64,000 nucleotides of DNA from Felis catus (Eukaryota). The position numbers were made by a program, and so were the translations under genes. Below are positions 23,884 through 36,177 of this stretch, in pieces; the stretch's first letter is position 1, and each line of letters begins with the position of its first letter. The notes beneath the pieces were generated by a model, which saw only the letters and a list, made by a program, of their open reading frames with translations, did not search any database and was not told the DNA's origin. Where the stretch lies: positions 116,128,001 through 116,192,000 of the forward strand of contig NC_058373.1 of assembly GCF_018350175.1 (NCBI RefSeq). The letters run 5' to 3'.

Positions 23884-25020
23884 TCAATGTGTACAGTTTT
23901 ATGATTTCAGATACATGCAAACATCCGAGGCCTAAAGTGGTTTCAAGGATTAAGTGAGGTGATACACGGGCAACACTAAAAACAATGCCTGGAACATAGT
24001 GATCCCTGAATTAAGGCGGAAATGATTACCTTACCTCTTTGGGCCCTCAGAAACTTCCTGTCAGTTGGAAAGTCTTTTTAGCCAAGGCTCAAGAGGCTCA
24101 GAGAGGCTATTCAATGTGATAATGCGCTAGTAAGGAGCAGAAGCACTGGACCCCCTTCGGTTCCCAGGCTTTTTCCCCACTCGGAATCGATTCCTCCAAG
24201 AGTGTTGGTTCTGTGTTACACAAACCAAACTTTCCCACCACATCTCCTGGTGCCCACCAGCTTTGTCCTTGTGAAAGGACACACGGGGGTTGCAGGGGGG
24301 TGATGGCAAAATGAACTCACCTTCTCAGGCCCATCAGCCTGTCAGGCCTGTGCCAAGCACTTCTTGGGCATTTTCCGCTTCATCTTCACCAAAAACCATA
24401 CCCTGCGTACTTTCAATAACCCCTTTGTATAAAAAGTGGGCCCCACAGCCATTAAGCGACAGGAGCGGTAGCAGTCGGAGCAGAACCCAAGATCTGCCCA
24501 GGTTTACCCACAGGAAGCCTTCCATCAGGAGTTTATCTCCGTGCAAAATTCACTGCACTGGAGAGATTCCCTTTTAGGACTCAGAAGGGACTGGGGTGGG
24601 GAGGCAGATGGGACGTGCCCAACGTTGACCCCGGGGGCAGCCCACTCAGCCTTCATCCCTGCTTCTCTTTCTTCCTCCCAAACACAGAGGCTGGGGCCAG
24701 GTTGACCACCTCCCCCCTCCACTTCAGAGGCAACGTAGCCTCTCCCTCAGAGAATTCCCAGTTCTGACCCAGTGTGGACCTAATCCCATGCCCTGTTACC
24801 ATTTCTGACGGGGCACTTGCAGCCCTCTCTCCAGCCCCCCAGCCACCTGCCTAAGGGTTAGGCGTCTGCAGTTACCTCTTGCCTCTTGACACGGAAGTTC
24901 CCATGCTCCACTTCTGGGCCTCTGGCATGTTATGAGTAGAAGTTTTCTCTCATGCTGAAATGGAACCATTTCCCCATTCATATGCAGGCTGGGTGTGGAA
25001 GAATAGAAAACCTCTGAAGA

Positions 25021-25170
25021 GGACACCGGGGTGGTTCAGTCGGGGTCCCACTTGATCTCACGGTTGGTGAGTTTGAGCCCCGCATCGGGCTCTCTGCTGT
25101 CAGCACAAAGCCAGCTTCAGATCCTCTGTCCCCCTCTGTGTGCCCCTCCCCCGCTTGCACTTTCTCAAAA
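25021..25170 (+). mobile_element. Degraded Can-SINE
   Basis: Body 'gagccccgcatcgggctctctgctgtcagc', flanked by AACCTCTGA repeats. Confidence 0.8.
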
Positions 25171-26236
25171 GACAACCTCTGAGGGCTTGGCCTGAGCTTT
25201 GGTTTCAATGTGAGGAGCCTGGTGTCTTTTTTTCCCTCCCTTTCTCCATCCTCCCTTCCTTCCAACCTACTTACATTCCTCCCTCTCTCCCCTCCGTCCC
25301 CTCTTTCTTCCCTCTTCCCCGGCTCCCTCCCTTCCTCCCTTTAAAGAGAATGGTGCTCTCCCTGCTGGGCTGCAGGTGCGCCAGGGGCAGAATTGCAACA
25401 GACAGCTTGAGCAAGCACTGAAGATCTTGCTACTCCTACCTGAAGCAGCCTCCTTGCTAAACTGGGCGAGCTAGGTTCCCAAAGAGCACTTTGCACACTT
25501 CAGGTGTCTTTGGTTTAGGGCGTGGATTTGGCTAGGTGTGACTGGTCTGCTCCTAATTTAAGCCACTGGTTGTAAATATAGGTCTTAGTGCCTATTAATA
25601 ACCCACAGTCAGCACACTTGTCTCCTGTTACTCCAATTACTGCAACCGTGACCCCCTGTCTTCCCTGCCTCCCCCCTGCCCCACAGCTCAACATGCACAG
25701 GCTGAGCCATCCGGGTATACCCCTCGTGAGCTGTAGCTGGGCCTGACGTGTGGCCGTTCAGTATATCTCCCTTTCTCTCTTCGGAGCCATGACGCTAAGT
25801 CACTAATAGGGGTAGGTGAGAAGGAAAGAGGAAAATAAAATAATATCAATTTATTCCAATAAATCTTGAAACCCTTAAACTTATACCCCTGGGCTCCTTC
25901 CCATCATTAGCTAGGACAACAGTGGTCCTGGTTCTCAGAGCTCCCAAGGTCTGTGGTTTGGATAAGGAGCCTTTCCACTGGGTAGGATTGCCACAGGTGC
26001 TGAATCCACTAACAGCCACGGAAGTTTCTCTTTTTGTCTGTGAAGTCTCCAGCGCCCCCATTGTGTTTGCTCCCTCCTGTCGGCTTCTCTCCTTTTTATA
26101 ACTTGTTGCCAAAAAAAGAACTTGAAACTTGAGGTATAAATAAATAGTTCCACAAGTATCACCTGAAATGGGGATTTGAAACTTAAGAGGAACCAAAAGA
26201 AGCATCTTGATAGAGGAAAACAAGAACTCTAGGAGA

Positions 26237-26430
26237 GGGGCACCTGGGTGGCTCAGTCAGTCGAGTGTCCGGCTCTTGATTTCAGCTCAGGTCATGATCC
26301 CAGGGTTGTGGGATCGAGCCTTGCGTCGGGCTCTGCGCTGCGCATGGAGCTTGCTTAAGATCCTCTCTCTTTCTCCCTCTGCCCTTTGCACTTGCCCTCT
26401 CTCCCTAAAAATAAAAAAATAAAAATAAAA
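26237..26430 (+). mobile_element. Can-SINE
   Basis: 15-bp TSD AAGAACTCTAGGAGA at 26222-26236 and 26431-26445. Confidence 0.93.
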
Positions 26431-27373
26431 AAGAACTCTAGGAGAAACTGTCCTGGGTTCTATATCTTTAGTTACCAACTGACCCTCTCTTGCCCACAGC
26501 TTCCTCTTCCATAAAACGGGGATGCCAATCCATACCTACCTTGGTGTAGAGGACGACACCAGATTGTTTCTCAAGATCTCTTCCAGCTCGGGAGAAACAG
26601 AGCTTAACAGATGAATGGCTGCTACCAGCAAGCTGGGGAAAAGGAATCCAGAGCCTGTGATTTCCAAGAGCCTTTGTGGTTGGTGCCCCTGAAACCAGAC
26701 TGCCAAGTGTGGCCTGCGCAGCATGAATATGAGGCCCTGACAGTATCTGACAATACTAATATCATCCTCAGGCCCTTTTGTAATTCAATCACCTCATAAT
26801 TAACCTGTTATAATTCCACTGCTTCCTGTAGACATCGCTTCCTCTGCCTAGAGAATTCCTTTAAGACCTAGCTCCAAAGCTCTGCACACTGGGAACCCTT
26901 TCCTGACTATCCTAAAGACACACAGGTGGCTTCCTCTCTGGGTCCCGTAGGACTGACCCACACTCAGAGCCCCCAGCACTTTGCACTGCCATCTGCTCCC
27001 CATCCTGGATCATCAGGCCTTTGAGAGAAAGGACTTGGCCTCTTCATCTTTGTGGTCACAGTTCTTATATGTCTTCCTTGAAGGGAGAGAGATAATAGTG
27101 CTTCTATAACTATCTCCCATCTATAAAGAGGTGGGATGATGGACACAAAGGGGTGAAGTGACTTGCCCAGGTCAGTTGGATAACTGGCGTAACAGGAAGA
27201 TCCAACCCAGTTCGGAGACCATAAAACCCTCGTAGGTATCCCTTACTGCTTCCTGTCATGTAGTAGAAAGCTTCCCAACATGGTACTGTCCTCCAGTACC
27301 AAGGAGCTTCTTTCTCCTTTTTCTCCCATCAAGTTCAAGTTCAAATATCAGACAGCTAAGATAGCTGAGTCAA

Positions 27374-27604
27374 GGGGCACCTGGGTGGCTCAGTCAGGTA
27401 AGCGACCGACTCTTGGTTTCCACTCAAATCATGATCTCATAGTTCATGAGATCAAGCCCCACACTGGGCTCTGTGCAGACAGTGCGGAGCCTGCTTGGGA
27501 TTCTCTCTCTCTCCCTCTCTCTCTCTCCCTCTCTCTCTCTGCCCCTCTCGTGTTCTTTCTCTCTCTTTCAAAATAAAGAAATAAACTTTAAAAATAAAAT
27601 AAAA
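27374..27604 (+). mobile_element. Can-SINE
   Basis: Full head, (CT)n and A tail. Confidence 0.92.
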
Positions 27605-27630
27605 CAGCCAAGTCCCAAGGAAATGATAGG

Positions 27631-27856
27631 TTTTTTTTTTTAATTTTTTTTTTCAACGCTTATTTATTTTTGGGACAGAGAGAGACAGAGCATGAACGGG
27701 GGAGGGGCAGAGAGAGAGGGAGACACAGAATCGGAAACAGGCTCCAGGCTCTGAGCCATCAGCCCAGAGCCCGATGCGGGGCTCGAACTCACGGACCTAG
27801 AGATCGTGACCTGGCTAAAGTCAGACGCTTAACCGACTGCGCCACCCAGGCGCCCC
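27631..27856 (-). mobile_element. Young Can-SINE (SINEC_Fc-like)
   Basis: TSD GGAAATGATAG at 27619-27629 and 27857-27867. Confidence 0.95.
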
Positions 27857-29074
27857 GGAAATGATAGTTTTAATAACCTTCCTTCTTTCCTTGTTTGGCT
27901 ACCTCCTCTGACAAAGACCCTTTCTGGAGAGCTGAGGCTGTTCTGGAGGCCTCTAACGTCAGAGTCTTGGCCCTTTGCCTTAAGGTATGATCTTTCTAAG
28001 CTGCTACATGACCCTCTTGCCCAGTTGGCAACCTAGTGTAAGCCACAGCATAACTGGGGGCTCTTGAGGGCTCATCTGCATTATAATACTCTGCACCTCA
28101 ATTTTCTTATCTGTAAAAATAGACATTCAACTGGTTGAGCATCGATTAGATACCACCATGTATGGAGCCCAGAGCTAGGCATTACAGATATAGATGCAAA
28201 GATAAAGAGAATATGTCTCTGCCTTCAATAAATATAAAGTCAAGTGGGAAAGGCAAGAATTGAAAAACAGATACCATGGCAGAGTCAAAAAAAGTAGATA
28301 TGAAAGAAATACTCTTACCTGATTATGCCTACCTCATACAGTTAGGCCAAGAATTAAGTATTCTTCAAGTATTCTTAAAGCGCTCTAGAAATAATAAGCA
28401 AATATTACACTATTTGGCTTCTGTACGAGACACCAGTTGGGTTGTCTGCTCACATCCCCCTTCCTTTCCAAGAACTGCTCTCATAGCCAAATTCATCATG
28501 TAATGGTACTACCTCCCCCCACCCCACCTCCACCAAGAATCATTGGCCATCTTGGTTGATTGAGTCAGGGGCAGACCCCTGGCCCAATCTGGGCCACGTA
28601 GAGTCAGTCCCTGCTCTGGGTTTGGAATGGAAATGAAAGTAACAACGTTTCTGTCACCCTGGGCTTTGAGAGGAAAAGATACAAATCCTGGAGGCATGGA
28701 GAGCTATTTACTGGCAAGGTAGACTGAAAATTAAAGAATGCCAAACTTCTGGAAGAGTGGAGCAGAGGCTTAGAGAGGAGGGAAGACAGGGCTGGAGGCT
28801 TCCTGATATTCAGGACTAGGTTCACCTCTGACCCTACCTGCCCGAAATGATACCCCAGCAAGGACCATCTTTTGCTGAAGATAACTCTGATGGGCTTTAG
28901 TCACTTGGAATGGAAAGATACATAATTAAGCAGCTTCTAAACGAATTCAACTCAGCTAATGTTGAATAGAAGTCCCCCCTTAGCCTGTGTAAGAGTTGTA
29001 TCATTCATTTATTCAGTCAGTTAATGAATATTATTGAATGTCAACTATAACAAGCCTCATAATGAGAAGAAAGA

Positions 29075-29220
29075 GGGGCACCTGGGTGGCTCAGTTGATT
29101 AAATGTCTGACTTCTGACATGATCTCACAGTTCGTTGAGTTCAAGCCCCACATCAGGCTCTGTGCTAACAATGTGGAACCTGCTTTGGATTCTCTTTTGT
29201 TCCCTCTCTGCCCCTCCCCT

Positions 29221-29267
<47 letters not shown>

Positions 29268-29290
29268 CTCTCAAAATAAATAAACTTTAA
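29075..29290 (+). mobile_element. Can-SINE with expanded (CT)n, followed by a GA-rich tract
   Basis: Head, body and tail are recognisable. Confidence 0.9.
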
Positions 29291-30325
29291 CGAAGGAGAA
29301 GGAAGGGGGAGGGGGAGGAGGAGGAGAAGAGGAGGAAGAAGGAAGAGTTGGCTGTGTCCTCTATGATATAAACTACCACTGGGTGTCAGCCAGCCCTCAG
29401 AGCTCCTGAAATTATCCAGTTGTGCCCTGGGAACATGTAGTGTTGCCTGAACTTGCTGTCACTTGCAGATATCCCTGAGTTTTGGAGCCTTGGACACTAT
29501 GATGTTTGTCTGCCCCTCCCCTCCCCCTTCTGGTAGCATCCACTAGACCCCACTCCTACCACACACATACACACACTTTTGAGGGACTTTCCCACCCCTG
29601 TCCATGCTCTTCTGGTGCAGTTGTTTATCACAGGACCCGTCCCTTGATCATAGGGTAGACATAGGACCAAAGCTGGGGAATCAGAATCCCTTCCCGGGAA
29701 ATCTGAATTTTGAGCTGGGACAAATCCAGAGGGTCATTCACAGTGGTATTCCATAGAAAAGATCCCCAGGTGCCTTGCTGAGCTCAGGAAGCTCACTCCC
29801 TGAACTCAATTGTTCAGTGTGTTCCTTTAAAGCTCTAGCCACTCCAGTATCCTTCACTCAGAACATATCTTTTGAACTAAATTAGCCAATCAGTTATTTA
29901 TAACCAGAGTCTTGGCACATTTCCTTTTAAGATAAAAGCTCATGGATGAGTGAAGAAAAGACAAGGAAAGGGAAGGTGAGAGAGGAACGTTGCATTGTAT
30001 CCCATACCCAAGGCTACAGCCCAAGCCTAGATCCTATTTTTAAGACCGTTTAATGAATCTATATTTACCATGAGGTGTTTTTTTTTTTTTTATTTATGGA
30101 AATCTACACATGTCATTTGGCTGAAGGCTCAAGCTTATTTCAGGAAAGCAAGTCTGTCATTTCTCCAAAACCCCTGTTAGCTCCTTTCACACCTGTTTTC
30201 CATTCTGCCAAGCCTCCTAGTGCTCATTTCCAAAGCAAAGAATAAGGATCAGGACCCAGATTCCAGAGCAGATTACCAGTGATGCTTGAAGAAACAGGCC
30301 TGTGTTTTTTGTCATAAATGTTCTT

Positions 30326-30444
30326 TTTTTTTTTTTTTAAGTTTGTTTATTTAGTTAATAATCTCCACACCCAATGTGAGGCTTGAACTCACGACCCCCA
30401 GATCAAGAGTCGCATGCTCTTTCCACTGAGCAAGCCAGGTGCCC
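30326..30444 (-). mobile_element. Short old Can-SINE
   Basis: 16-bp TSD TGTCATAAATGTTCTT on both sides. Confidence 0.88.
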
Positions 30445-31045
30445 TGTCATAAATGTTCTTAATGGACATTCTGTATTCTCTTCAGTCAACATAGATCCCT
30501 CATGAAAATGCATTCCTTATTCTCACAAAAGTTGTCTCCCAAAGTAAGACTCATAGAATCCCTAATTGACCATTAACCCAACTCCTTTATTTTACAGACT
30601 GGGAAACTCAGAAGCAGGGAAAGTAAATGGCATGCTCCAATAACATGGTGCTAACCAACAGCAGATCTAAGAAAGAACTCAGGTCTTACAGCGTGGTACA
30701 GATCCTTTTCACTACTTGCTGCCTCCTTCCATGGTACAATTCCTTTTCTTTAAAGAATAAGTATTTTCTTAATCTCTCTATATAAATGTTTCATTGGGCA
30801 ATAAATAACTGACAAAGAATCTGGATACAGAAACCCTGAAGTGTTCGCCTCCACTACTATGAGACCTATAAATTATGCAAATTATGTCACTAAGGATATA
30901 GAATCCAAACAGCACGATCTGAACACGTCCAACTCTTAAGTATAATGTAAACAAAGCAAGTTACCTGGTATGTATGTACGTATGTATGTATTTTAACTCC
31001 TCCAAGTGACTCAATTACACAGTAGACTTAGAACCAAGGACAGAG

Positions 31046-31256
31046 GGGGCACCTAGGTGGCTCAGTCGGTTAAGCATCTGACTTAGTCTCAGGTCATGAC
31101 CTCATGGCTCATGAGTTCTAGCCCCGCATCAGGCTCTCAGCTGTCAGCGCAGAGCCTGCTTTAGATCCTCCGTCCCCCTCTCTCTCTGCCCCTTCCCTGC
31201 TCATTCACTCTCTCTCTCTCTCTCAAAAATAAATAAATAAATAAATAATTTTTAAA
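31046..31256 (+). mobile_element. Can-SINE
   Basis: Full structure with degraded TSD AGAAC(C/T)AAGGA(C/A)AGA. Confidence 0.92.
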
Positions 31257-31414
31257 GAGAAAGAACTAAGGAAAGAAAACAACAAGCTTGATTTGGCCAG
31301 GAGGTGTTTGGGGGGACTGCTCAGAGGTGGTGAGTTCCCCATCACAAGAGGTCAAGCATCAACCATTGGCCAGGGATAGAGCATCCCGACTATTTCATAA
31401 GCAACAGAACCTCC

Positions 31415-31564
31415 CCAAGGGGTTCTCAAAACAGACCTTGCTGGGCCCCACCGCAGAGTTTCCGATTCAGGAAGTCTGGGAGGGGGCTTGAAGCTTTGCA
31501 TTTCTAACCGGCACCCGGTTACTGCCAATCCCGCTCATCCAGGACCACGCTTTGAGACCCACTG
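31415..31564. mobile_element. MER5-like hAT non-autonomous DNA transposon
   Basis: 'ggttctcaaa...gctgggccccacc...gattcag...tgcatttctaac...gaccacgctttgaga.ccactg'. Confidence 0.7.
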
Positions 31565-32867
31565 TGGGGAATGGGAATTCAAAAGTCACCGACATGAGCC
31601 ACTTCGCTCCATTTAAGCTTCACAAAGCGAGGTCACATTTCTCTTGAATGTCCTATCAGACAGCTTGAGTCTGGTTTTGCCAGGTGAGACTGGGGCTACC
31701 TTTGGCAATAGCCCTAAATCCTACGCAGGCTTCTCTGCGCTCACCTTGAAGCTGGGACATAGCTGCAGATCACCTCAAGTGCCCCTAGTTCTTTAGGATC
31801 AGCTGCCAGAGATGTGGTATCAGACTCACGCCTGGGACACGATATCCAATGGGACAAGCTACGATAGTCTCAAGACAAAGCACCAGTTCTCACTCATTCC
31901 GAGTGCCTCAGGAGGGAAAGCCAGAGAACCTGCCATGGCTGCCTATGTGACCACAATTGAAAAGGGACATCTTGCACAGCCCTGTGCCATCCTTGTCTCC
32001 ACCTGTGAATGCACATAACCAACATTTATTGACCTTTCACCCTGTGTCAAGTATTGTTCGAAGCAAGTTACATGCATCTTCCGCGTAATCCTTGTAAGGA
32101 TTACCTATAGGTAATATTGGTAGGACTGGGCTTGAACCTGGAGACTTGAGCTCTGCACCCCACACTCTTCATCAGAGAGAAAATAGTTGTCAGAGTATAA
32201 GGGATAGAGGAAGAGGTTGTCTCTTCTCGCACTGGTACACTGGGCCAGAGCTTTAACCTCTGGCTGTTGTCACGGTCTTGCCACACTTCTAAGGGCCCAG
32301 CCTCCTAAAGTTTCATCCGTGTGTTTCACACGTACTCACAGTTATTGTTTCCAAAGCTCAGAGTGCCAGGTGACTGGTTCAGGAAAGGTTTCCAGGCTTA
32401 CACACATTCTGCCCACCACCAGCCTTTCCAACATTACAATCTCAGTGCTGGTGTTGAGCCCAAATTACCATTCCAGATTCCCCTCACTATTGACTTAAGT
32501 TGCCCTTTGGGGAGCGTTGGTATCCCTTCCTGCCCATTGACCTTAGCTGGAACCATCTGAGGAATCAGAAGTGTTGACTAATACTAAACCCCAAAGAAAT
32601 GTAGTCTTTCATTCAAGTAGGGTCCCTGGCCTCTAATGCATATTTCTCCAACTTTTCCCCAATAGTCATCCACATACAAGAGATTAGACCAAGCCCTAGC
32701 TGGGAAGCTCACTCTATTTGCTTCCTTCCTCAAGGACAATGGGTCACCACTGACTTCGTCTTAGGAAGCCAAAAAGCCAACTCAGACTATTCTTGCAAAA
32801 CAGGGTCTGCCCCAAGGTCCTTTGTTGTACCCATCCTAGACCTGGATTTCAGCAGGTGCCTCTTTTA

Positions 32868-33039
32868 TTTTTGTTTTTTATTTATTTTGAGAAAGAAGGA
32901 GCAAGTAGGGGAGGGGCAGAGAGGGGGAGAGAATCCTAAGCAGGCTCTGTGCTGAGGGCTCAAACTCACAACCGTGAGATCATGACCTGATCCAAGATCA
33001 AGAGTCAGATGCTTAACTAACTGAGCCACCCAGGCGCCC
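32868..33039 (-). mobile_element. Can-SINE (first of a tandem pair at a shared target site)
   Basis: Flanked by GCAGGTGCCTCTTTTA. Confidence 0.9.
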
Positions 33040-33059
33040 TTTGGCAGGTGCCTCTTTTA

Positions 33060-33288
33060 TTTTTATTTGTTTACTTTTTTTTAGTGTTTATTTATTTTTG
33101 AGAGAGAAAGAAAGACAGAGCATGAGTGGGGAAGAGGCACAGAGAGACAGAGACAGAATATGAAGCAGGCTCCAGGCTCTGAGCTGTCAGCACAGAGTCT
33201 GACACAGGGCTCGAGCCCACGAACCGTGAGATCATGACCTGAGTGTAACGAAGTCAGATGCTTAACCGACTGAGCCACCCAAGTGCCC
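33060..33288 (-). mobile_element. Can-SINE (second of the tandem pair)
   Basis: Flanked by GCAGGTGCCTCTTTTA. Confidence 0.92.
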
Positions 33289-33974
33289 CAGCAGGTGCCT
33301 CTTTTAAAAGGCAGCTTCCCTCTATAATGAAATAATAAAGTTTTTACCTTCCTTGGGCCTTTCTACCCAAGCACTGGCAGTTTAATAGTGTTTTCATTCA
33401 ACATATATTGAACACCCATTACATGAAGGGCACTGTGCTAGGATTAAGAAGTAGAAATAAGATACAGTCTGTCCTAAATGAGAAGGATAAAAGGCAACAT
33501 CCATCCCAGGTCTCCTGCCCCAAAGATGACAAAGAAGGACATGGCATGGGGAGAAGGGGAGCGGGGGTAGATGAGAAGGAAGAGGTAGTAATCAGTAGTC
33601 TGAAACTGTCTGCTAGTAAAAAACAAACAAACAAACCAGAACAGCCTAACATCAAGACTATTTAAGGACAGACTCAACCGAGAAATCGTATTAGCCAAAG
33701 CTATCAAAATAGACCCCACTTTCTAAATATATAGCTAAACTTTTTACTCTCTAACAACTACATACAGAAATGTCCTGTAAGAATAATTTTTCTCAACCCT
33801 CTGTAATACATAATGATGTTCCTGTTCGAAGAGCAAAACAATTGAGGTGCAGATGGTAGGTGACTTGCCCGCAGTTATGACACAAGACAGTAAAAACACG
33901 ACACAGTCGTTCTTAGGGGCTTGAGAACTGCCTTAGATTTCACACGGGGCTGGCCCTTAGGTGAGCATTACAGG

Positions 33975-34430
33975 TATCTTATTACTGTATAGCAAGCCAC
34001 CCGAAAACGTAACCACTTACGACAGCCATCTATTTGCTCATGATTCTGCAGCTGGGGCCAGGCTGACCCAGTCTCACCTGGGGTCACTCACGAGCTTGCA
34101 ATCTTCTGGTAGGTTGACTGAAGCAGGATGATCTAAGATGACCTCACTTATGGGACTGGAGCCTTGATGCAAGCTGTCAGCTGCTCCTGTCCAGCTGATG
34201 TCATTCAGTAGTCTAATGCAAGCTTACATGGCTGCAGGGGTGTGCCAGGAGGGCCACCAGGGAGCTGCAAGACCTCTTAGGCCTACGTTCTGGAACTTGT
34301 GCAATGTCACTTTTGCCATATCCTACCAGTTAAAGCAGGTCACAAGACCAACCCAAAGTCAAGGAACAGGGAAAAGACTCCGCCTCCTGATGGCAGGAGC
34401 TGCAAAGTATTGTGACCGTGCTTTTCACAA
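33975..34430 (-). mobile_element. MaLR (MLT1-like) LTR remnant
   Basis: Motifs 'tatttgctcatgattctgc', 'tcacttttgccata', 'gtcacaagaccaacccaaagtcaagg' and 'gagctgcaaagtatt'. Confidence 0.6.
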
Positions 34431-35462
34431 CGAGAGACGGCTGGGCTTCATTTTTACCAGTCCACGCACACATTCTGGCTCTTATTGTCACTTATAGGAC
34501 CTGGCCAGCACCTACCAGCCCCTGCTGCCTATGGGGGGATAGTAGCAAGAAACATTCACATTGGAGCTTGGGAGCTTGGGGACTTAGCTGTAGCCCTTGG
34601 ATGATACCCAAGCTCCTGAGATATCATCACAAATACATGCTGAAATGATCAGTGAAATTGCAGACTATCAATCATCATGTAGACGTACTCGTGGTAGTTG
34701 CTGCCTATGCATCAATACGCAGGTGCCCAGATCAGACATCATACATTCCTGGGCACGTGATTTCTCAGGTGATATCCTGGCATCCCCAGGCATGGCCCAT
34801 CATTTCTCCAAAGACCAGTTAATACTCAGTGATGAGTAAAACCATATTAAATGTGTTTAGTAATTTTTTTTTTCAGATTTCAAAATATGCTTTAGAAGAA
34901 AATACTTTGCTCCCCTTGATCGTTGTTTGTCTTTATAAACAGACCTCTTACTATTTGGTGGAGCACAAGAAAATCCTGGCTCAGACAAGGCGGCCAGAGA
35001 GTGAAAGGAGAGCCAGAAATAGCTCCGTACAGGATATGTAAGAGGGGTCGGCATTGCTACAAATGAATTAAATCTGCCCAAGTGAGGGCTTATGAAATGT
35101 AAATTGTTTTGCAGCTTCGATGAGGTATGACCGAAGTGGTTAGCCGCACAGATTTCAAGCAGACAAGATGATACTGAAACCATTATCTATGAACTCATCA
35201 GTACAATCAGGGTAATGAACATACAACTCCCTAAATGCTCTTGTGCCACTTTGTAATCCCTCCCTCCTGTTCCTCTCGCCTTTCCTCCTTCCCAGATCAT
35301 CGCTAATCTGCTTTCTGTTACTTTGATAACTTTGCATTTCTAAGGTTTTATACAAATGGGATCACCTTGTATATATCCTCTTTTTGGTCTGGCTTCTCTC
35401 ACTCTACATGATGATCTTAAATTTTATCTGTAGTGTTGAGGACATCAATAGTTTATTCCTTT

Positions 35463-35668
35463 GAGGGCACTGGGGTGGCTCAGTCGGTTGAGTGTCAGAC
35501 TTATGCTCGGGTCACGATCTTGCAGTTTGCGAGTTCGAGCCCCACATCAGGCTTGCCTGCTGTCAGCGCACAGCCTGCTTTGGATCCTCTGTCCCCTCTC
35601 TCTGCCCCTGCCCCACTTGTGTGCTCTCTCTCTCCCTCTCTCAAAAATAAATAAACATTTTTTAAAAA
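35463..35668 (+). mobile_element. Can-SINE
   Basis: Head, body and AATAAA tail. Confidence 0.88.
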
Positions 35669-35759
35669 GTTTATTTCTTTGAATTGCTGAATAGTATACC
35701 ATTGTATGGATATACCATCACTACTTTATCCATTCTTCTGTTGATAGATATTTGGGTTG

Positions 35760-36177
35760 TGCTATGTACTGACATGCATCTCCCCCTTCTCCCGATTAAT
35801 ATGTTGAGGCCCTAACCCCCAGTGTGACTGTATTTGGAAATAGATCCTTTAGGAAGTAATCAAGGTAAAATGAAGTCATAAGGGTGGGGCCCTGATTGGA
35901 TAGGATTAGTGTCCTTAGAAGAAGAAATACCAGAAAGCTTGCTCGCTTTTGCGAGCTCTCTCTCTCTCTCTCTCTCCAAGCGCCCTCAGAGGAAAAGCCA
36001 TATGAGGACAAAGTGGCCATCCATAAGCTAGGAAGAGAGCCTTCGCCAGAACCCAAACTCTATTGGAACCTTGATCTTGGACTTTCCAGCCTCCAGAACT
36101 GTGAGAAAATGAATTTCTGTTGTTAAAGCCGTGCAGTCTGTGGTATTTTGTTGTGGCAGGTGGACTAGACTAATATA
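35760..36177 (+). mobile_element. MaLR solo LTR (MLT1A/B-like)
   Basis: 'tgctatg...ccctaacccccagtgtgactgtatttgga...gactttccagcctccagaactgtgaga...actaatata' with near 5-bp TSD GGTTG/GGTGG. Confidence 0.8.

Noticed and set aside
25225..25345. Polypyrimidine/polypurine tracts (also 18240-18340, 29294-29346) as triplex elements
   Set aside because: Imperfect low-complexity tracts common in mammalian DNA, with no clear mirror symmetry.
26984..27000. CTCF-like motif (GGAGCAGATGGCAGTG on minus)
   Set aside because: Lacks the conserved 5' CC of the core, so it cannot be supported without ChIP data.
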